A stretch of DNA of 64,000 nucleotides from an uncultured delta proteobacterium (GTDB lineage: Bacteria > Desulfobacterota > Binatia > DP-6): assembly GCA_963815115.1 (NCBI GenBank), contig CAWFFN010000007.1, forward strand, positions 224,001-288,000, in the 5' to 3' direction. Position numbers and translations under genes: made by a program. Below the pieces are notes generated by a model. The model worked only from the letters and a program-made list of their open reading frames with translations, did no database searches and was not told the origin of the DNA. Of the stretch, positions 62,118 through 64,000 are shown piece by piece; positions within the stretch are counted from its first letter, which is position 1; every line of letters starts with the position of its first letter.

Positions 62118-64000
62118 ATGGAGAACGCAAGGGACCCTCGCGCGCCCGTGGCCGATGCGCTGCAGGCGCTCGACGTGCGGAACCTGACCCTGTGCATCCA
62201 CGACGCCAGCTTCCCCGGCGACGCCGACGAGGACATCGGCCGCGGAGCCCCGTCCTCGCGCGGCGGGCTCCGCTTCCTGGACTTCGTGCGGACGCTCGGA
62301 TTCACCGGATTGCAGCTCGGTCCGGACGGGATGACACCGCCCGACGAGCCGTCGCCGTATCGCGGGGCGGCGTTTCCGAAGCAGATCCTCTCGATCGCGC
62401 TCGCGCCGCTCGCCGGGGATGCGGAATGGGAGGGTCTGCTGCCGGCCGACGCGCTCGCGCGGGCGGTCGCGGGAAGACCGGCCGGTGCAGGCGAGCATGC
62501 CGATCACGAGGAGGCCGCGCGCCTCCAGGCGCGCGCGCTGCGGGCGGCGTTCGCCGCGTTCGCCGGCCCCGGCCGGAAGTCCTTCGCGGGCGTCGCTGCC
62601 GAACAGCGGCGCTTCGAGGACGCCAACGCATGCTGGCTCGAGCGCTACGAGCTCTTCGAGGCGTTGCGCGGGGCGTACGGCACCGGTGACGTGGGCGCCT
62701 GGGGAAGTCCGGCGGGTCGCTCGCCCGATGCGAGACTCTGGGACCCGGAGTGCGCGGGAGCCGTCGAGCGCCGGCGCGCGATTCGTGCCGCCCATGCCGA
62801 GGCGATCGCGTTCTTCCGCTTCACGCAGTTCATCGCGCACGCGCAGCGGAAGCGATTCTCCACGACGGCGCGGAGCCTGGGCCTGCGCCTTTTCGGGGAC
62901 CTCCCCATCGGGTTGTCGACCGAGGACGAATGGTGCCATCCGGGACTCTTCCTCGAGGCCCATCGCATGGGCGCACCGCCCAGTCGGACGACTTCGGAGG
63001 GCCAGCCCTGGGGCTATCCCGTGTTCGACCCGCGCCGGTACGTCGAGGGTGGTTCGAGGCCCGGACCCGTGCTGGCCTTCCTCGCCGCGCGGCTCGAGCG
63101 CATGTTCGCCGACGTCGACGGCGTCCGCGTCGATCACCCGCACGGGCTGGTCTGCCCGTGGGTGTACGACGCTCGCAGCGGCGACGACGCGCGAGCAGTC
63201 AAGACCGGGGCGCGTCTCTTCGAGTCGCCCGCGCTGGCCGATCACCCCGACCTCGCGGCGTACGCGATCGCGCGGCCGGACCAGCTCAATCCGGATCCAG
63301 GAACGCCGCGGTACGCCGACGACTGGGTGGTCGCCCTCGACCCCGAGCAGGTTCGGCGCTACGCGGTCCTCGTCGACGTCATCGTCGCGGCGGCGCACAG
63401 GTTCGGACGCAGCACGGATGACGTGGTGTGCGAGGTGCTCTCGACGCTGCCCACACCGCTCGCGCGCGTGCTCGGCGCTCACGGCCTCGGCCGGTTCCGC
63501 GTGACGCAGAAAGCCGTGCTGTCGAATCCGGCCGACGCCTACCGGAGCGAGAATGCACGGCCGGAGGACTGGATCATGGTGGGCACCCACGACACGCATC
63601 CGATCTGGGCGGTGGTCGGGACGTGGGGCCGCTCCGGCGAGGTGCGAGCGCGAGCCGGGTATCTCGCCAGCCGCCTGGCTCAGCGTCCCGGTGGGCGGGA
63701 GGCCCTGGCGCGCGCGCTGGCCGCCGACACGGGACTGCTGGTGCACGCCCAGTTCGCCGATCTGTTCGCCAGTCCCGCGCGCAACGTGATGGTCTTCTTC
63801 GCCGACCTGTTCGGCCTGCGCGAGTCCTACAACGTGCCGGGGACGGTCGGGCCGAAGAACTGGAGCCTGCGTGTCCCGCCCGACTACGCCGCCGGCTACC
63901 GGACGGATCGTCGCGCGGGACGCGCGCTCGACCTGCCACTCGCGCTGGCGATGGCGCTCCGGGCGAGAGGGGTCGAGGAGGGCGATCTGCTGCGGGGGCT
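62118..64000 (+). CDS. malQ: 4-alpha-glucanotransferase (GH77), runs off the window and is absent from the ORF track
   Basis: Manual translation: LQLGP..SPY, FGDLPIG, GAPP..GQPWGYP, VRVDHPHG, GTHD, YNVPGTVGPKNWSLR. Confidence 0.88.
   Translation, partial: MENARDPRAPVADALQALDVRNLTLCIHDASFPGDADEDIGRGAPSSRGGLRFLDFVRTLGFTGLQLGPDGMTPPDEPSPYRGAAFPKQILSIALAPLAGDAEWEGLLPADALARAVAGRPAGAGEHADHEEAARLQARALRAAFAAFAGPGRKSFAGVAAEQRRFEDANACWLERYELFEALRGAYGTGDVGAWGSPAGRSPDARLWDPECAGAVERRRAIRAAHAEAIAFFRFTQFIAHAQRKRFSTTARSLGLRLFGDLPIGLSTEDEWCHPGLFLEAHRMGAPPSRTTSEGQPWGYPVFDPRRYVEGGSRPGPVLAFLAARLERMFADVDGVRVDHPHGLVCPWVYDARSGDDARAVKTGARLFESPALADHPDLAAYAIARPDQLNPDPGTPRYADDWVVALDPEQVRRYAVLVDVIVAAAHRFGRSTDDVVCEVLSTLPTPLARVLGAHGLGRFRVTQKAVLSNPADAYRSENARPEDWIMVGTHDTHPIWAVVGTWGRSGEVRARAGYLASRLAQRPGGREALARALAADTGLLVHAQFADLFASPARNVMVFFADLFGLRESYNVPGTVGPKNWSLRVPPDYAAGYRTDRRAGRALDLPLALAMALRARGVEEGDLLRG

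Overview
A GC-rich bacterial chromosomal segment. Gene content (DUF1329, Cys-rich secreted proteins with Thr linkers, F420-linked enzymes, prkA-yeaH-spoVR, sigma54 promoters) suggests a deltaproteobacteria-like lineage such as Binatia; this placement is inference. About 50 CDS were called by eye from protein motifs, with no database searches. They include housekeeping genes (a ychF-like gene, dnaB with a LAGLIDADG intein, gltX with tRNA-Gln and tRNA-Glu, thiE, ntrB/ntrC-like, ackA, pta, thiolase, malQ) mixed with accessory genes and pseudogene fragments. Three non-coding signals stand out. (1) A tRNA-Lys(TTT) gene with two perfect halves is split in the anticodon loop by a 659-bp insert bounded by an 8-bp direct repeat, and no intact copy is present in the window. 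(2) A ~190-nt structured element is conserved in the 5' leaders of two tandem paralogous secreted-protein genes and matches no riboswitch I recognise. (3) A ~290-bp nested palindromic REPIN/MITE-like element lies between two genes. No CRISPR array, rRNA, integrase or transposase was seen.
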